64,000 bases of DNA from Azolla caroliniana (lineage: Eukaryota > Plantae > Polypodiophyta), in NCBI GenBank assembly GCA_043228905.1, contig JBHGNT010000002.1, positions 19,220,001 to 19,284,000 on the forward strand, read 5' to 3'. The notes under the pieces are model-generated. The model was not told where the DNA came from. It searched no databases and saw only the letters and a program-made list of their open reading frames with translations. Shown one piece after another: positions 1 to 12,143 of the stretch. Made by a program: the position numbers and the translations under genes. Position 1 is the stretch's first letter, and the number at the start of each line of letters is the position of its first letter.

Positions 1-1272
1 ATGAAAACTAGTAAAATAAATATTTACGATTAGCTTAATATATAGATATGGAAAGATAGATGTGTTCAAGAGCTTTATAGCGTATTTTACTATGCATAAA
101 ACGGATAAACAAGTATCAAGTTATGTGAGTGTGAAGTTTGAAGAAAACAAAAGAAAAGACAAAACTGTGAGATATCCCACATATATGGGACAACATTGGA
201 ACCCAGAATATATAAGGGAAACCAAAACATATTCGTTCCATCAATGTGTGGAGCATAGAATGTTCAAGGTGACTTGGGCTACATTATGTGGTGTGCACGC
301 TTCGGGCGTACGCGCGTGTGCATGGCTGCGTGGACGTTTACGGATGTACGCGCGCATGGACGTCTTTGGATGTACGCGCGCATGGACGTCTTCGGATGTA
401 CGCGCGTGTGCAAGTTTCGGGCGCACGCATATGTGCAGATGAGCGCGCCGATGCGTGTGTGCGCACGCACACATGCATGGATGTGTTACACTACGGTGTG
501 GTCGAACCTTTTGTGCGCAGATGCGTACACGGTGCGGGTTGGACGCGCATGCACGTGGATGCGTACACTACTACGCGGTTGGGACTTTTGCGCGCGGACG
601 TGTCTACGGTTTGGTTACGACACACGTACGGATTGCGCACGGGCTAAACTTTATGGATGATTGTGTCATTTGGCCGAATTATACGGACAATCGCATGCAA
701 CCAAAAGCCAAGGCCATGCAACTAAAAGTAAAAGGCATGCATCTAAAAATGGAAGCATGCAACTAAAAGCAGAGGCCATGCAACTAAAAATAGAGGCCAT
801 CCAACTAAAAGTGGGCATGCAAAGTAACATTGGGGAGGAGGATCAATGAGGAGCTCGATATATGTCCCATTTTTCCCCTCCTAGTTTTATTTTTTCCCCT
901 TCTTTCTTCTTCCCTCTCGGATTCGAGAAACAAATTATCTCACATATTGATATCAAACTCCTAGCTTTGTTTACTCGACATTTCTGGTAAAAAATTATCT
1001 CTCGTATTCATATCGGACCACTCCTTGCATGGTTGTTGGCTCCTTTCTTTGGAAAATTAATCTCTCATTTCCATACCCAACCAACCTATTGTAACACGAT
1101 TCTAAAATTATAAAGAATTGATTTTCTTTTGCAATAAACTAATGATTTGTCTCTCCCACTTGTCTTATGCTTAAAACTTGCTTTTGTTGTACATGTTTCT
1201 CTAAATCCTTCTAGTCTAGAACCCCGGTGGTTCCGTCTCACGATCCGCACATAGTGACGGATTTTCACGACA
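1..1272 (+). repeat. 5' LTR of gypsy A (truncated by window edge)
   Basis: Colinear with 22254-23604; ends ...TTTTCACGACA followed by PBS. Confidence 0.95.
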
Positions 1273-1280
1273 TAATTAAT

Positions 1281-1298
1281 TGGGGAACCCGACGTGAA
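1281..1298 (+). promoter_or_regulatory. Primer-binding site complementary to tRNA-Trp 3' end (1 mismatch)
   Basis: TGGGGAACCCGACGTGAA vs expected TGGTGAACCCGACGTGAA; same PBS at 11315 and on the minus strand at 51456-51473. Confidence 0.85.
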
Positions 1299-1328
1299 AG
1301 AGGCGGTAGGAAGGATATCAAGTGAACA

Positions 1329-3512
1329 ATGGCTTCAACAAGCGGAACTCAAGGAGAGGAATTAACGAAAGGTATGGTGTCCGTAGTGGAATACATGTTG
1401 AAAGTGAGAGATCGAGAAGCTTTAATCGAGAAAGCTGTTGATCGTACGGTCGAGATAGCTGGACGATTTGGTGGCAAGAACATCACGGATTTTCCTGCTA
1501 CCTATCGGAACGAGATGCAACAAAGGGATGTCAACGATCTCAAACAAATTTCTAGCTTCAAACGTGTGGTGGAACCACGGATCCGCGAGCGCATTATGGA
1601 GATCCAAAGCGAGCATGCAACTTGGGCGGAGTTCGAAAAGGCGCTTCTCGCTAAATACATGCTTGAAGACGCATCTTGGATGACTCGACATACGCTAATG
1701 TCTTGGATCGAGAAGAAAGGGAAGAATATGTGTGCGTATGGAGTATATGCCGAATTTGACTAGAAGTATAACCGACTTCCGAGTGTTAATCAACGAGTTC
1801 TCGATGGAGATAAAGTCCTACTATTCCTGAAGGCAGTGGATGCAAAAGATCGGCGTGAATTGGGTAACTTTTTGGAGGATGAAACACAACCAAATGGCTT
1901 GGTAGCGGACTGGGCGGCGGTGAAGAAGGCTTGTAGCCGTCTTGATAAGCGTCGACAATGGCAAGACGAAACTGATATGGAGAATCCACAATCGTGGAGG
2001 AGGAAGGCACCTATGATGATTGAGTCTAACAAGCCGATCAACAATTTCACCAAGAAAGCGATGGAGGAATGTATAATCGAAGAGCTCTCCAAGAAGTTTG
2101 AAGCGGTATCCCTGGCCAACTTAGTTCGACGCGGGCCGAAGGGAAAAGAAGCGTATAGATGTGTGTGGTGCGACAATTTCGAACACTCGCGAAGGGAGTG
2201 CACTGACTTGCAAGACGCGATTTGCAAGAATGTCGTCTATTTGGACGGCAACATGATCCACTCGAGTGAGACCCGAAAGCCACTACGAGTGAACTTCGGA
2301 AGAGGCGGGCTGAAAAAGATCATGGAAGAGGAAGATGAAAGGCACGTGGAAGCCATGCACTACGCCGCATCGGCGGGAATACGAGTCGGAAGAGAGAATC
2401 TAAAGACGACCAAGCCGGGAGTTGGGTTTTGGCCAACGGTATTCGAGTGTGAAAAGAAAGGAAAAGTAGATTTGGAGGATCTCAAACATGTTGGTCGGAA
2501 TGTGCGACGAGTAACTGGATGGTTGGATCCAGTCGACGATAACACAAGCTTTGCGGAGGTCGTGTGTGACAACTATGAGGCTCTTGTCAAAGAGAAGAGG
2601 AAAAGAACCAGTGAAGAAGATGGCACCTCAAAGCGTCACAATAGAAGGAATGCAAGGAAAGAAGGACAAGCCCAACCTAAGCCACGAAAAGAGATAGGAG
2701 AAACAAGCATGAAGCCCGGTGGATCGAGCCAACCTTCTCGGATGGAAGTCGATGAATCTGTGAAGAAAGGAAAGGAATGAGTGGCGCCGACTTACAAGCT
2801 AAGGTCGGACATAGAACAAACAACAAACTTGCGGAAGGTCCTTGAGGAGAAGGTTTTAGACAGTCATGTCGACCTTACTTTGAGAGAGCTACTTGGGATC
2901 ACTAAGAAGGAGTTCCACGATACTATCGTGGACTTGATTAAGCAGAAGCGGCAACAATCGGATCAAGAAGAGGTGAAAACAAGTGCCATAACCATGGCAA
3001 GATCCGAAGAGGAGGAGGAAGAATAAGTGATGGCGGACAACCATTACTCTCGGCCTCATTGGGCAAGAGAGACAACGGAGACGCCGGTGAAGATCGGAGA
3101 GAAGAAGGAGACCGTGGTAGCCTTGATTGACCATGGTTCGAAGATCAACCTCATGTCGACCGAATTCTACAAGAAAGGAAGATGGCCGATAAACACAAAC
3201 CACGGATGGAAGATACGATCGGCAACGAAGGCCACAGAAGACTTGTACGGATCTTGCCCCAATGTTAAAGTCACAATCGGAGATGTGGAGATGGATCAAC
3301 ACTTCTTTGTGCAAGACTCGGCTTCACATCCCGTCATCCTAGGACAACCATATATCAGGTCGTCCTGGATGGAGACTAAGGTGATCGATAATGGAGCAGC
3401 CTTCACACGAGTCAAGAGCCTTGACAATCAAAGATCTGTTCAATTCCTTACGGTGCGGGCTAATCACGAAAGGAACCAAGATAGCCTTGGAGGCGAATCC
3501 TCAGATTTGTAG
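1329..3512 (+). pseudogene. Gypsy A gag-protease ORF with in-frame stops (1761, 2778, 3024)
   Basis: One frame throughout; capsid-like N-terminus, CVWCDNFEHSRREC zinc knuckle, aspartic protease LIDHGS...ILGQP. Confidence 0.9.
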
Positions 3513-3566
3513 AGCGGACTATTGAAGCGTGGGGCACAAATAGTCCGAGCAATCATAAGTCCCCAC
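3503..3566 (+). promoter_or_regulatory. Putative -1 ribosomal frameshift signal (degenerate slippery site plus H-type pseudoknot)
   Basis: AGATTTG-TAG, stem CGGACTATT(3515-3523)/AATAGTCCG(3539-3547), loop GTGGGG(3529-3534) complementary to CCCCAC(3561-3566); -1 frame open from 3509 into RT. Confidence 0.7.
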
Positions 3567-5868
3567 AAGGAAGCGAAATAAGTGGATCGCAAGGAGAAGC
3601 AACATGTGTGACACCTAGTGGCGCATGTAAACTAACACTACTCAACAAGAAGGACAAGCGTCAGATACAAGACTTCGAGAAGATGTTGAAAGAAGAAAGC
3701 ATAATCGAAGAAGAAGAATTTGTGTCTCATATTCTAGAGGAAGCCTCATTTAACGACACCATCGGTGAAATCGAGGAAGTTGTGGAATTGAGCTACCCTC
3801 ACGATCAAAATGTGATTTCGGTTAACTCCGTCAACATGTACGCTATCATCGATGAATATCATCGAGGCATCTTGATGGAGGAAGCTGAAGTCAACACAAA
3901 ATATAAAACGGTGGATAAGAAGATCAAGCCAGTTGCGGTTCCGCTACCGGAAGATAGCTGGCAGAAGATGAAAGAAGTTGCCAATGATCCGAGCTTAAGG
4001 GATCCAAAGGCAATAGGTCATGTCTTCACCAAAGAGACGAAAGGAAAGCTACAAGTTGGAAGGGAAGATTTCCTTCTCCCTAAAGAGGAGGGAATGTTCC
4101 GCGGAATGCTTGAGAGACATGGGAAAGCCTTTGCCTTCTCTCCACAAGAGATCGGATGTGCCGACCCGAAGATGATAGAGCCGATGGTGATTTTTACGGT
4201 GCCGCATGTACCTTGGAACCTCAAGCCGATATCGGTTCCAAGAGCTCACATTCCAAAGTTGATTGAGCTTCCAAAGGAAAAGGTTAGGATGGGAATTCTT
4301 GAGCCATCCAATGCTCCCTACTCTAATAGATGGCTTACGGTGCCGAAGAAGAACGGGTCCTTATGCTTTATACAAGATCTCCAACCCGTCAACAAGGTGA
4401 CGATCAGAAATGCTGGAATTGGTCCAAGCGTGGATGAATTTGCCGAACCCTTCGCAGGAAGATCGATCTATTCCATTGGTGATCTCTACTCAGGTTATGA
4501 TCAGTTTCAATTGGCCATCGATAGTAGAGATATAATGACAATGAGGACGCCGATCGGGTTGGTAAGGATGTGCACCTTACCCCAAGTTGCGACAAATTCC
4601 GTAGCCCACATGGTGAATGCCATGAACAAAGTGTTGAGGGATTGTATCCCTGATATCACAATGCCCTTCTTAGACGACATTCCAATCAAAGGATGCTTGG
4701 TGGAAGAAAAAGATGAATCGAAAGATGATGATGGTTGCCGAAGATTCGTCATCGATCATATAAAGGATAGTGAGAAGATGTTGCAAAAGCTTGAGGATGC
4801 GAATCTCACGTTTTCGGGAGAGAAGTCTGCATTCGGTCAACCAGAAATATTGGTAGTAGGACACTTATGTGGGTCTTATGGACGGAAGCCATCTCCATCC
4901 AAGGTGAACGATATTCCAGAGATGAAAGAAGAATGTGTGTCTCAAACGGAGGTGCGAAGATTCTTGGGAGCATGTGCATTCTATCACATATGGATTCCAC
5001 ATTATGCCCATGTCGCTGAACCATTGTATGGACTATTAAAGAAAAGGAAGAAGTTCGAATGGAAAGATTAGCATACCTACGTGATTCAAAAGCTAAAGAA
5101 ACTATTATTGGAAGCTCCAACACTGCACAAAGCTGACTACACCGATGGTACCCCGATATATGTGACGGTGGATACGAGCCCAACCGGAATTGGATGGGTG
5201 ATAAACCAAGAAGACAAAGAAAAGAATCGGTATGCAATCCGATTCGGTGCGAAGGTGTTAACCGAAAGACAAAGGAAGTATGCTCAAGTAAAGAGAGAGC
5301 TATGGGGAATAGTATCTGCGGTTAAAACCGACCGTGACTACCTTATAGGAACAGAGGTCATAATCGAAACCGACTGTCTACCTATTCTCGGAATGATATC
5401 CGGTTGTGCTACACTGGATATTGCTATGCTGCGATGGATTGCCTATATCAAGTCCCTCAACCTCGAGATTCGGCATATAAATGGGAAGCATAATGTGGTG
5501 GCCGATATGTTGTCAAGGGCGAGGTATCAGGGTGAAGAAGATTTGCACTCCGACGAAGAGGATGTTGGCCTAAACTTCTTTACGGTTTCTTGTGCTCGGG
5601 TGCAAGTAGTGTTCAAAGTAGAAGATTATGAGGGTGAATTCACCGAAATTGGCAAATACTTAAGCTCTCTTACAAAAGATGAATCATGGTCAAAGGAAGA
5701 CTTCTACCGAATTAGGAAGAAGGCCTACAAGTTCTTCCTCAAAGAAGGACATCTATGGAAGTTTCCGAAGAAGAAGAATGAAACTCCACTTCAAGTGGTG
5801 TGCAAGAAACAGGATCAACAAACACTAATTGTTGAATTTCATGATAGTGTGTGGGCAAGTCATTGTGG
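3509..5868 (+). pseudogene. Gypsy A pol: RT, RNase H, start of integrase zinc finger
   Basis: DLYSGYDQF and FLDD RT motifs, VDTSPTGIG...ETDC RNase H, HDSVWASH; stop at 5069; cut by insertion at 5869. Confidence 0.92.
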
Positions 5869-6688
5869 TGACAGGAACTACACGCTCTGATGAACAATGC
5901 TCAGCCACAACCGAGCTTAGAATCAAACACAGAAAACGAGAAATCAAAAACACGACACAAAGGAGAGAAGAGTACACAAGATGTTTAACGTGGAAAACCC
6001 TAAGAGGGAAAAACCACGGGAGTCCACAGACTCCAAACTATCACTATATCACAATGATTACAACAGTGAGCTCACGGAGGCAACGACCTCATGCTCACGA
6101 TCTTCGCCACAGGCGGCTGTTACAACAGAGGCAACGACCTCTTCCTCTCTCTCTCTCACTGTACACTGTTACGCGCTCTCTAGTCTTGCACTAACAAGAA
6201 TGACAACAACAACATCTAAGTTTGTCCTAAGTCATATTTATACTAATATGACTTTTCGGCTATTTACAAATATAGCCCCCATGGACTCTCAGAAAACATA
6301 TTTACGAATATGTCCCTTCATCCGGTGAGCACTTCTCACCGAGCCTTCATCATCCGGCTCTTGTCGGGTACTCCTCATCCGGTTCTCACAGGGTCTTCCG
6401 TAGTTGGGTACTCCTCATCCGGTTCACACCGGGTCTTCCGTAGCCAGGTACTTGTCATCCGGTTCTCACCGGGTCTTCCGTTGTCGGGTACTTGTCATCC
6501 GGTTCTCACCGGGTCTTCCGTAGCCGGGTACTCCTCATCTGGTTCACACCGGTTCTTCCGTAGCTGGGTACTTGTCATCCGGTTCTCACCGGGTCTTCCG
6601 TAGCCGGGTAGGCCACATTTGGGTAGCCGAGTTTACTCATCAGTACAGTTCTTCTCACTTCCCATCCGGAGGGACCTGTTTCCTAACA
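5869..6688 (-). repeat. 3' LTR of copia B (820 bp) containing a ~39-bp CCGG-rich tandem array
   Basis: TGACAGG...CCTAACA; array of TCATCCGGTTCTCACCGGGTCTTCCGTAGCCGGGTAC units at ~6345-6610, repeated at ~20725-20990. Confidence 0.93.
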
Positions 6689-6699
6689 AACTCCCCCTT

Positions 6700-9600
6700 C
6701 ACTCCGGCATGGGATGTCTTACTAGTAAGATCTGCTTCCGGCATGCATCCAGCTTGTCGGGTATCAGTACTTTGGTCAGCATATCTAACCCATTCTCGGC
6801 CGTGTGGATCTTCGTCAGCGCAAACTCCTAGTCATCTACTCTTTCCCGGATCCAGTGATACCTTCGCTGGATATGCTTCGTTCGGGAATGGTAGGCCGCA
6901 TTCTTAGCAAGGTGGATGGCACTTTGACTGTTGCAATAGAGCCGGTATTCATCTTGCCGGATACCGAGCTCTCCGATGAAATCCTTCATCCATAATATTT
7001 CCTTGCCGGCTTCCACAACCGCCATGTACTCCGCTTCCGTGGTTGACAACGCAACTATCTTCTGCAGCCTCGACTGCCACGAAATAGCTCCCCCTGCATA
7101 TGTCATTACATACCCGGATGTAGACCGGCTGGTATCCACATCAGCCGACATGTCCAAATCGGTAAAACCGTCAAGTTGAGGTTTGCCGGAACCGAATCGG
7201 AGACACATATCCGAAGTGCCCTTCAAGTACTAGAGTATCCATTTGACCGCGTTCTAGTGCTCCTTGTCGGGATTGCTCATAATCCGGCTCACCACTCCGA
7301 CTGCGTAGCCTATATCCGGTCGGGTACACACCATTGCGTACATCAAGCTCCTGACGGTAGAGGCATATGGAACCTTCATCATATCAGCCTTCTCTACTTT
7401 CGTCTTCGGGCTTTGCTTACCGGATAACCTGCAGTTTGCCGGAAGTGTCGATCCGACAGGTTTTGCTTCTAACATGTTGAACCGCTGAAGCACCTTTGTC
7501 ATGTATTTCTCCTGACAACCATAGTTGCTTCGTTGGCCGGTTCCGGATGATATGCATCCCCAACATCTGTCTTGCCGAACCCAAGTCTTCTTCAGCAGCA
7601 TCCGTATCCTCCCTTGGTTCCATCCGATGATCAACATGTCGTCCACGTACAGAAGGAGTATCAGGAAGTCGCCTCCTTCGAACCTCTTCACAAACACACA
7701 GTGATCAGCCTATGTCTTGTGGTACCCTTGATCGGTCATGAAGGAGTCGAACTTCCGGTACCATTGTCGGGGAGCCTGCTTCAGTCTGTACAGGCTCTTC
7801 TTCAACCGGCAAACCAGGCGCTCCTTCCCTTTCTCCAAGAATCCTTCTTATTGCTACATGTAGATCTCCTCTTCGAGGTCACCGTGAAGGAATGTCGTCT
7901 TCACGTCCAACTGCTCTACCTTGAGGTCCATGCTTGCCGCTATACTCAGCACTGTCCGGATGGAGGTCATCTTTACTACCGGGGAAAATATCTCGTCAAA
8001 GTCCACGCCCTTCTTTTGCTGGAACCCCTTCACCACGATCCTGGCTTTGTATCTCGGGGGTTTCCCGGCATCTCCCGGTTTCAACTTGTACATCCACTTG
8101 TTTCGGAGTGCTTGTTTTCGTTTCGGCAACTCCACCAATTCGTATGTATGGTTCTCATGCAGGGAATCCATCTCATCCTGCATGGCACTTAACCATTTGC
8201 GGCTGTGGGTGTCATCCTCCGCTTCTTCGAAGCTTTCTGGCTCCCCCTCATCGGTTAGCAGCACATGCTCTGCATCAGGAAATCTTCGGGGGGGCCTTCT
8301 CTCTCTAAGAGGATATCTCCGTCTTTGGGCTTCGGTAACCGGCCCCTCCATTCGCTCTTCATCCGAATCCGATTCGGGGTCTTGGCCGGTTCCAGTTTCA
8401 GCTTCCTCTACTTCTTCTTCTGCCAGTTCGGTATCTTCACTGTAACCGACTGGTTCCTCGAGTGCTAACTGGTCTCTTGCCGGTTGGGTCTGCTCATCGT
8501 AGAATCGATCCTTACCGGTCGATTCGGAGTTCATTATCTTCTTCTCCGACTCCCAGTCGGCGAGCTTCTTGTCCTCCATGAAGATAATATCTCGACTCCG
8601 GAATACCTTCTTGTCGGCCAAGTCCCACACTCTGTAGCCGAACTCATCGTTGCCGTAACCAAGGAATATGCATGGCCGGGTCTTTGGATCCAACTTTCCT
8701 CTCCGGTCCTTAGCAAAATGCACATACGCAAGCCACCCAAATACTTTCAGATGTCGGTAGGACACTTCCTTACCGGTCCAGACTCTCTGTGGTGTGTCTC
8801 CGTCCAAGGGTACTAAGGGTGATCTGTTTATCACATATGTCACCGTCGACAGTGCCTCAGCCCAAAACTTCTTGGGTAGTTTTGCATGCGCCAGCATACT
8901 CCGGACCCTCTCCATTATGGTCCGGTTCATCCTCTCGGCCAGCCCGTTCGGTTCCGGCGTCTTCGGCACGGTAAATTCGAGCCGGATTCCCTTCCAGCAA
9001 TAGTACTCCTCGAACTGCCCCCGGTATTCACCTCCATTATCTGCTCGAACCGCCTTCAGCTTCCGGCCGGTTTCTCTTTCCACTCTTGCGGGGAGCTCTT
9101 TGAAGATGGATAGCACCTAATCCTTCGTCTTCAACGGTGTGGCCCACAGCTTCCGGCTGTGGTCATCTATGAACGTCACGAAGTACTGCGATCCTGCATG
9201 TGACTTCGTGTCCACTTGACACACATCAGTATGCACCAACTCCAGTGGTGCATTACGTCTCATCGGTGGCCTTGGTCGGAAGGAGGTCCGGTTTTGCTTA
9301 CCGGCCAGACAATCAATGCACTTCTCCAAGTGCACGTTCTTCACTGGAATGAGGTTGTCTTCTGCAAGCCTCTTCATCCCCTTCTCACTCATGTGACACA
9401 GCTCACCGGTAGTGTCGGATGCCACGTTCACTTCTTCCGGGCATAACCGGGCATTCATCAGGTACAGCGTGTTGACCTTCCGGCCCCGAGCCAGAATCAA
9501 GCTTCCTTTGCTGAACTTCATAACACCGTTCCAGATGCTACCCGTGTAGCCTTCATCATCTAGCCGACCGGCTGATATCAGGTTCAGACAAACCTCCGGA

Positions 9601-10700
9601 ACGTGTCGAACATCCTTCAACAGCAACTTGCATCCGGTTGGTGTTGTCAACCACACGTCTCCTATGCCGAAAATTCGGCATGTACCTTCATTCCCCATTC
9701 ACACACAGTCGTGATCACCGGTTGAGTAGGATGAGAAGCATTTCCGGTCTGGGGTAACGTGGAACGACGCTTCGGAGTCGACCACCCAGGTCATCTCGTC
9801 GCCGGCAAGGTTTAGCTCACCCTCCTCGGTGATGAGCATCAACTCTTCTTCACTTGCCGCGATTGTCGCCGTTCCCTTCTAGTCTTTACCATTCCGGTCC
9901 GGTGTCCGCTTCGAATCGGTACCGTCGGTTTCCTTGTCTTTCCGGAAATGCCCACAGTTCTTCTGGAAGTGTCCCGGCTTGCCGCAATAGAAGCAAGTAG
10001 GCCTCCCCCTTGACTTTGACCGTGTCCCCGACTTTTCCCGGTTCTAGGGACTATGGTTTCTTTGTCTTCCGCGTTCCGATTCGGTAAGGAGCGCTTTGGA
10101 GTCGGAGCTCGTATCCTTATCTTTCCGACGCGCCTCCTCATCTAGCAACCTCGACTTCACTCTTGCTAGGGATAACCGTTTCCCTTCCGGCCCGGCATTG
10201 CCCACAGTGAAAACCAATGTCTCCCAGCTATCCGGGAGGGAACCGAGCAGGAGTAGCGCTAGTACCTCATCGGCGAGAGGTACTTCCAATGATGTTGCCT
10301 GGTGTATCATCCCTTGGAAGGCATTCATGTGCTCCACCATGCTGGATCCATCTTGGTACCGGAGTCTTACTAGCTTCCGGAATACCGAAACCTGGTTAAC
10401 AACATTTTTGTTCTGAAACATAATGCCGATCTTCTCCTAGAGCTCATGAGTCTTGCTCTCTTCATTGAAGCTGTTGTATAGACTCATGTCGATGAAGCAC
10501 CGTATGTACGCCATTGTCTTCATGCGCATCACCTCCCATATCGTGGCGTCGATTTTGTCCGATCTCTTGTCCCCGAACTGAACCGGCAACCAAAGGTCTT
10601 TAACCATGAGCATGTCCCTCATCTTCGACTTCCACACCGAATAGTTGGAGCCGGTGAGCTTGAACATGCCTCCCAACGATTCGTCCATTTTCTGTGTCAT
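6700..10700 (-). pseudogene. Copia B gag-pol (Gag, PR, INT, RT, RH) with several stops, frameshifts and deletions
   Basis: Gag FKLTGSNYSVWK, PR WVVDSEASFH, INT HTDVC/RADNGGEY/NGLAER, RT LDVKTTFLHG/LYVDDM, RH STTEAEY/RTKHI. Confidence 0.93.
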
Positions 10701-11347
10701 TTTGCTCTGATACCACTTTGACAGGAACTACACGCTCCGATGAACAATGTTCGGCCACAACCGAGCTTAGAATCAAAAACAGAAAACGAGAAATAAAAAA
10801 CACGACACAAAGGAGAGAAGAGTACACAGGATGTTTAACGTGGAAAACCCTGAGAGGGAAAAACCATGGGAGTCCACAGACTCCAAACTATCACTATATC
10901 ACAATGATTACAACAGTGAGCTCACGGAGGCAACGACCTCGTGCTCACGATCTTCGCCACAAGCGGCGGTTACAACAGAGGCAACGACCTCTTCCTCTCT
11001 CTCTCTCATTGTACACTGTTCAGTTAGGGTTTTCTTCTTGGGTTTTCCTTTAGGGTTTTCTTATAGTCGCTCGGTGCGGCCATGGCGGCCACCATTGTAA
11101 AGCGTTTATGTTTTCTTAATAGAACTTCTTGTTGAGTATCTTGACTCCATCTTCTTCATCTTCTTCTATCATAATGTCATATTCGTTCTCTTCTCCTCTT
11201 GAGCTATGAGCTAATCTTCCATTCGTTGTCTTAACCTTTCCCCTCTTCTCCCTAGTCCAAGACCCCTGTGGTCCCGCCCCTTCCACACGCACGCGCGTAA
11301 CAACGCGACATCTTTGGTGAACCCGACGTGAAGGGCGGCAAGGGAGC

Positions 11348-11895
11348 ATGGAGATTGAAGAATACTTCGACTTCGAGGAGATGATGGCAAAGATCATGAT
11401 GGATGCGTGACGGAAAAAGGCGAGGCGAGATGCGGCTCAACAAGCCGTCGAGAGGGTGGTCGATCGAGTTGGCCGATTCAACGGGGACGATGTCCCGGGG
11501 TTCTTGGATGTGTACGATGCCGAGATGGCGAAAGGGGGCGTAGACGAGGCGATGCGGCTAGAGTATTTTCCTCGAGTGGCGGCCGTATCGGTGCACAAGG
11601 AGGTCAAGGAGCTACGAGAAGCTCATGAGTCGAGGGTGTCCTTTGAGGGAGCCCTATTGGAGGCGTACGGGTACACGGAACCGGAAGGAAGAGGTTGACA
11701 TGAGTTCGATCGGTGGGTAAGCCGGCAACATGATGCGAGGCGGTCGGCCACAACACAATGCGCGAGCGGCGGAGAATAGAGAGCGGTGAGTGGGTACGCA
11801 CTACCACCGGAAGAGAGCTCAACGCAAAACGGTTCGGAGGAGCTCGACCTAGAGGTGCTAATACGGGAGGCATGCGAGCTTGTGAAGGCGAAAAT
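11348..11895 (+). pseudogene. Element C gag N-terminal region
   Basis: AVERVVDRVGRFNGDDVPGFLDVYDAEM aligns with A gag AVDRTVEIAGRFGGKNITDFPATYRNEM; internal TGA stops. Confidence 0.8.
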
Positions 11896-12083
11896 TGAGG
11901 AAAATAATAAGCAAAATAAAATAAAATAAAATAAAATATATTAATATGTAGTTCTTATGAAATCGGTTTCCTTCATGAGAAGGAAACCGTAAGCCTATTG
12001 GTGGTGGTCTTATAAAGCCACCACCAACGTTGTATTCATTAAAGGGGCATTATAATAATAATAAAATGCTTTCTCTGTTTCCC

Positions 12084-12143
<60 letters not shown>

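Noticed and set aside
62-849. Many overlapping Cys/Arg/Ala-rich ORFs (also 22501-23286)
   Set aside because: Artefacts of the stop-poor purine-pyrimidine repeat array inside the A LTRs.
6345-6610. Regular repeat array resembling a CRISPR
   Set aside because: Head-to-tail units with no unique spacers, inside a plant LTR, no cas genes.
11315-11331. tRNA-like sequence
   Set aside because: Only the 17-18-nt PBS complement; no cloverleaf, and no RNA gene was found in the window.
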